From positions 115,235-135,234 of IMG/VR virus record IMGVR_UViG_3300006213_000002: DNA of 20,000 nt; one strand, 5' to 3'. The notes below the pieces were generated by a model. That model saw only the letters and a list, made by a program, of their open reading frames with translations, was not told where the DNA came from and did not search any database. Made by a program: the position numbers and the translations under genes. This document shows, one piece after another, positions 15,642-20,000 of the stretch. Numbering within the stretch: position 1 is the stretch's first letter; every line of letters starts with the position of its first letter. This stretch comes from an uncultured virus (IMG/VR IMGVR_UViG_3300006213_000002) (taxonomy: Duplodnaviria > Heunggongvirae > Uroviricota > Caudoviricetes).

Positions 15642-18317
15642 ATGAGGAAAATTCTTAGATCATTAATATTAGAAAAATTTCCTTTAGATCTAAGAGTAAA
15701 ATTAGATTTATTGTCTAGACGTAGAGATATTACAAATGAAGAAAAACATGATGAGTTATTAAATATTCTCAAAAATAGTGATGTCAAAATTGATAGACAA
15801 TTAGGACCTGGAACTAATCGATATGCTGTAAATATTAATGGTTTCGTTGTTAAATTTGCTACTGATCATGATGGAAAAATTGATAATATGAAAGAATTTA
15901 AAATGGCAAAAAGATTATTTCCATATGTATCAAAGACATATGATGTTAGTCAAAATGGAGTATTATTAGTAGCAGAATATATTCCGCCATTTATAAGCTT
16001 TACTGAAATGTTACAATATGCAGATCAGATAAGGGAAATTCTTAGAAAAATTTCAGCTGTATACTTAATAGGTGATGCTGGAATATCAGATAAGAATTTT
16101 GGTAATTGGGGATTAAGACCTGGAACCAATGAACCAGTATGTCTAGATTTTGCATATGTATATGAAGTATCATCTAGATTATTTGTTTGCCCTGAATGTA
16201 AAGTAGGGGCAATGTTAGTACCGGATAATGATTTTAAAGATCTTTATTGTTCTAATAAAGCATGTGGTAAAAAGAAATTATTTGAAGACATTAGAGCAAA
16301 AATTGGTAATGATATTCATAATCATGAGATTGGTGATCTTTCTGAAGAAGGATATAAATTAACAGAATCCTTTACAGAAACAGAATTGACATTAGAAAGA
16401 TCTAATTATCTTGTAAAGAAGCTTAAAAAAGAAAAAGATGAATATGATGAAAATATTAATCATATTACTGATGAAGAATCAGAGAAAGAATCCATTATAA
16501 TTAAGGAGGAAGAAATTATGGATAACAAATTTATTACAAATGTAACAGTAACAGCGGCAAATGCAGCAAAGAGAAATCCTAATTTATTTAAACTTAAGGA
16601 TAGACCAAATCCAAAAGTAGTTGCTCAAGTAAAAACTGAAAATGAACATTTAGATACAATTGATAATGAAGCAGAAGAAACTCAGGAAGAATTAGCTGAA
16701 GAAGCTATTGAAGAAACAAAAAAGCCTGAAGCTAAAGTTGCTTTTTCCGGATCATTTAATGATTTCGTTTCAAATGTAGAAGTTAAGGTTTCAACTCCAG
16801 CTAATAAAGGAGTAAAGAAAACGGTTGAACCAAATAAAGAAGACACTTCAGAATGGATTCCAATTGAAGATCGGTTCTATGATTCATTTGTGGATAATGC
16901 ACATAAAGCAGTATCATTGTTAGCTAATCGTATTACATTTGATTTGAAAAATATTCAAATATTTGATAAAGTTAAAACAACAATGAAGAGAAATATGTAT
17001 CCAGAGACATTTTACAATAATATCCAAAATTGTGTATTTTTGTCTTTGGTAGATTATCTTAACTTCATAGAAACTGAGGTTCCAAAGAAGGATTCAAATG
17101 AAAAAGCAATTATCTTTATTCCACCGATTGAAGCAGGTTCTGATAATTTTGATCACAATACAATGATGTTTATTCAACGTATATATTTAGATAAGGAATT
17201 ATCAAATGAAAAAAATCCTGAAAAGATTGTGGATTTAGCTGATGATCTGTATGGTGATGCGGCTACATTCATTAATTCAGAATGGTTATTTGTTCTTGAA
17301 GATAAACTGAAGAGAAAAATGAAACTTACTGTAGCAGGAGCTAAAATAGTAACTGATAGAATTGATGAAATATGGTGTGATAGTTTTATTGATGAAAATA
17401 CTTCTATGAATCTATCTGAAGAAGCTAATGATGATAATTCATTTGAAGATACAGTTACAGTGAATCCTGAAAATACTTATGAAGATATTTATGGTAACCA
17501 AGATGAAGAAGGTGAAGAATATGTAGATGCAGATGAAGTTGTTAATGAAGATGAAATGACAACTATCGACATATATCCTGAAGATGATGTTGATATTATT
17601 AAATTATATTCTGTGGATGCTTTTGGTGAAACCAATATTCCTATTTATATAAGATTAGCTGAAATCGATATTGAGGAATCAAAACAATATAATACTTTTG
17701 AGGATAATGGATATTGGGATTGGTTAATTCATATAGTTCCAGATATAATGTTTAGAACAAAAAATCCTCAGAAGTGGTTAGAAATTAATAATGAAGAATA
17801 TGAAGAAGATGATTCCCAAGTTCATACTGCTATAATGCAGAAATGTAAATCATTAACTGACGGAAAAGATGAATATGTTATGGGGTTATTTAACCTTAAA
17901 GGTATTTATCTTGTGGATGATGATTATAATAGAGAATTTATAATGGATCCTATTCTTCTTGAACAGCTTAATGCAGCAATTAATACTGCTTTAAGTGGAA
18001 CAATCATGTCCCATAGACATAGATCATTAAGAATGACACAATTAATATATGATGAATCATATATAAAGATGATGTTAAATAATAATGAATCTAATGAAGA
18101 TGATACAGAATCAAATACAGATGAAGAATCTCCAATTAATGATGAGACACAAGATGATTCTACTAAGAAAGAAGGAAATCCAGAAACACCTGAGGAAACA
18201 GTAACTAAAGAAGAAAGTGAAACTGTAATTACTGAGGAAACAGTAGAAGAACCAAAAGAAGAAATACAACAGACAACTTCTTCGGCAATGAAGCCTGTAA
18301 GAAGAAAAAGATCATAA
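15642..18317 (+). CDS. Ser/Thr protein kinase-like domain + Zn ribbon + long acidic C-terminal region
   Basis: LGPGTNRYAV (Gly loop), VVKFA, NMKE, IGDAGISDKNFG (catalytic loop), CLDFA (DFG-like), CPEC...CSNKAC. Confidence 0.82.
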   Translation: MRKILRSLILEKFPLDLRVKLDLLSRRRDITNEEKHDELLNILKNSDVKIDRQLGPGTNRYAVNINGFVVKFATDHDGKIDNMKEFKMAKRLFPYVSKTYDVSQNGVLLVAEYIPPFISFTEMLQYADQIREILRKISAVYLIGDAGISDKNFGNWGLRPGTNEPVCLDFAYVYEVSSRLFVCPECKVGAMLVPDNDFKDLYCSNKACGKKKLFEDIRAKIGNDIHNHEIGDLSEEGYKLTESFTETELTLERSNYLVKKLKKEKDEYDENINHITDEESEKESIIIKEEEIMDNKFITNVTVTAANAAKRNPNLFKLKDRPNPKVVAQVKTENEHLDTIDNEAEETQEELAEEAIEETKKPEAKVAFSGSFNDFVSNVEVKVSTPANKGVKKTVEPNKEDTSEWIPIEDRFYDSFVDNAHKAVSLLANRITFDLKNIQIFDKVKTTMKRNMYPETFYNNIQNCVFLSLVDYLNFIETEVPKKDSNEKAIIFIPPIEAGSDNFDHNTMMFIQRIYLDKELSNEKNPEKIVDLADDLYGDAATFINSEWLFVLEDKLKRKMKLTVAGAKIVTDRIDEIWCDSFIDENTSMNLSEEANDDNSFEDTVTVNPENTYEDIYGNQDEEGEEYVDADEVVNEDEMTTIDIYPEDDVDIIKLYSVDAFGETNIPIYIRLAEIDIEESKQYNTFEDNGYWDWLIHIVPDIMFRTKNPQKWLEINNEEYEEDDSQVHTAIMQKCKSLTDGKDEYVMGLFNLKGIYLVDDDYNREFIMDPILLEQLNAAINTALSGTIMSHRHRSLRMTQLIYDESYIKMMLNNNESNEDDTESNTDEESPINDETQDDSTKKEGNPETPEETVTKEESETVITEETVEEPKEEIQQTTSSAMKPVRRKRS

Positions 18318-18333
18318 TTAAAATAAAAATATT

Positions 18334-18366
18334 ATAGGGGATTTAATATCCCCTATTTTATTTTTT
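18334..18366 (+). terminator. Intrinsic terminator
   Basis: ATAGGGGAT-ttaat-ATCCCCTAT plus T-run. Confidence 0.8.
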
Positions 18367-18386
18367 AATGAAAGGAGATAATTTTA

Positions 18387-19076
18387 TTGATATACAGAAT
18401 AGATTATCAACATTTTCTTACCCATATGATAGATCATTTTACATTTGATGAAATATTATCAATACAATATTGTCTGATAAGCGTTAAGGTATCTAATACA
18501 TCAAAATTATTAACTGTTAATAAATGTGGACACTTTTTTCCAACAACAGATATGATCTTATGCTATGAAGAAACTAAAAATAAAGAAATATTAGAAGAAA
18601 TGTATATGGATTTATTATTGCCTAAAGATAATAAACTTAAAAAACAATCTGGAGCAAATTCTTTATATACAACTTTTATTAATCCTCTATTACATCATGT
18701 TGATATTTGTATTGTATGTGATGAAGTAGAAAATGATTATATTGATTGCTTCTGTAATATATTACAAAAAGAATATGCTATTGAAGTTATTAATCTCAAT
18801 GAATTATTTAAGAAGGGATTTATACACCCAATAACTATAAATAGAGAAAAAATATGGGATAAAGCAGTTGATATAAGAAAATTAGCAGGTAATAGACAAA
18901 TAGATGAATTAAAAGCAACATATGATGGCAGAATGAGATTATTAAATGTTATTATGGATAAAAAGTCTAAATTACATGCATTAAAAGAATTAGGTATAGA
19001 TGTAGATAAAAATACAAAAGAAAAAGAATTAAATCAGCTTCTCATAGAAGCTTGGGAATTAGAAATAGAACAATAG
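18387..19076 (+). CDS. Hypothetical protein
   Basis: 229 aa, TTG start behind an AAAGGAG RBS. Confidence 0.78.
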   Translation: MIYRIDYQHFLTHMIDHFTFDEILSIQYCLISVKVSNTSKLLTVNKCGHFFPTTDMILCYEETKNKEILEEMYMDLLLPKDNKLKKQSGANSLYTTFINPLLHHVDICIVCDEVENDYIDCFCNILQKEYAIEVINLNELFKKGFIHPITINREKIWDKAVDIRKLAGNRQIDELKATYDGRMRLLNVIMDKKSKLHALKELGIDVDKNTKEKELNQLLIEAWELEIEQ

Positions 19077-19099
19077 GATGGTATGATACCATCCTATTT
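19072..19099. terminator. Intrinsic terminator between convergent genes
   Basis: AATAGGATGGTAT-g-ATACCATCCTATT overlapping the TAG stop. Confidence 0.75.
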
Positions 19100-19140
19100 A
19101 TATTTATAATAAAAATAAATAATATTTAAATTTAATACTT

Positions 19141-19923
19141 TTATATTTTTAATATTTTATTAACTGCAACCTCATTACAAGTAAAAGTACCATTTCCTAC
19201 TGAGTATAATACATCTGCACCAATTACTCTATATCTTAATCCATAAATTAATCTATTATCACTAAATCCACTATTTATCCATATTTCTACTGTAGGACCA
19301 GGATCAAAGTTATCAATAAATGTTCTTACAAAAGGCCCCCAAGCAGAACCTGAAACTTTACATTCAAATCTATTTTCCCATCCATTAGTTGTATGAGCTT
19401 CTATTCTTATTTGAGCTTTACATCCTGAAGGAGATAGATCAAAATATATATCATATGGACACCATGGTACATATTTAGCCGGTATTCCAATAGATCCTTC
19501 AAATATTTCAATAGTTTCATAATGGTTTATAACAAAATTACATTTTGAATCATGATCACCAAATAAATTATAATTCATATCCCGATAACCTCTATATAGT
19601 TTTAACCACATCATTTTATAATCAATTTCTGATGGATAAACAGTAGATATATTTTGTTTATTTGATAATAAACTATTTACTTCGCTTTCTGTATAATATC
19701 TATCATCATGATTATGTGTAGTTAATGAATAATTACTATGAGTATGATTAGTTTTACTATATACACTATCATGATTATGTGTAGTTAATGAATAATTACT
19801 ATGAGTATGATTAGTTTTACTATATACACTATCATGGTTATGGTTAATATTTGCTTTATTTTTTAATTCATTCTTTGTTAATCTTATTAATTCTTTTATA
19901 CCATTATCCTTTAATTGTTTCAT
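19141..19923 (-). CDS. Short tail-fibre/spike-like protein with HxH repeats
   Basis: Five HNH/HTH motifs ending HNHDDRYYTESEV, typical of phage fibre shafts; beta-rich C-terminal domain; GGAGGT RBS. Confidence 0.65.
   Translation of the reverse strand: MKQLKDNGIKELIRLTKNELKNKANINHNHDSVYSKTNHTHSNYSLTTHNHDSVYSKTNHTHSNYSLTTHNHDDRYYTESEVNSLLSNKQNISTVYPSEIDYKMMWLKLYRGYRDMNYNLFGDHDSKCNFVINHYETIEIFEGSIGIPAKYVPWCPYDIYFDLSPSGCKAQIRIEAHTTNGWENRFECKVSGSAWGPFVRTFIDNFDPGPTVEIWINSGFSDNRLIYGLRYRVIGADVLYSVGNGTFTCNEVAVNKILKI
19705..19836. repeat. Exact 63-bp tandem duplication within the fibre gene
   Basis: Units start at 19705 and 19768, with a partial third at 19831; encodes HNHDSVYSKTNHTHSNYSLTT twice. 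Confidence 0.95.
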
Positions 19924-19943
19924 ATTATTATACCTCCAATATA

Positions 19944-19986
19944 CTAAATAATTACTATATTTATAATAAATATAGTAATTATTTAG
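19944..19986. repeat. 43-bp AT-rich palindrome
   Basis: CTAAATAATTACTATATTTAT-a-ATAAATATAGTAATTATTTAG (21-bp perfect arms). Confidence 0.9.
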
Positions 19987-20000
19987 ATTTATAATTTATA

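Noticed and set aside
19705..19836. CRISPR array or DGR template/variable repeat
   Set aside because: Contiguous identical coding repeats with no spacers, no adenine-specific mismatches and no RT gene in the window.
1..20000. Alternative genetic code (stop codon reassignment)
   Set aside because: Standard-code ORFs tile the window densely, and TAA, TGA and TAG all end genes.

Overview
Very AT-rich window from a jumbo bacteriophage of the phiKZ/AR9(PBS1)-like type that encodes its own split multisubunit RNA polymerase. Strong AAAGGAGG Shine-Dalgarno sites suggest a Firmicutes host (inference). It holds the 3' half of gyrB, interrupted inside the Toprim DxDxDG motif by a group I intron (525-1731) carrying an HNH homing endonuclease. 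Other recognisable genes are two RNAP pieces (beta C-terminal fragment, beta' C-terminal subunit), two paralogous sigma-region-4/alpha-CTD fusion proteins, a probable tandem HU-like protein, a small PolB-palm-like protein, a Ser/Thr kinase with Zn ribbon and long acidic tail, and virion genes (neck-like, gp25-like, His-repeat fibre). Non-coding signals are a recurring ATKATATATT promoter-like motif, near-perfect palindromic terminators, and a candidate structured RNA exposing an anti-Shine-Dalgarno loop (6323-6455). All protein calls come from motif recognition by eye; no searches were run.
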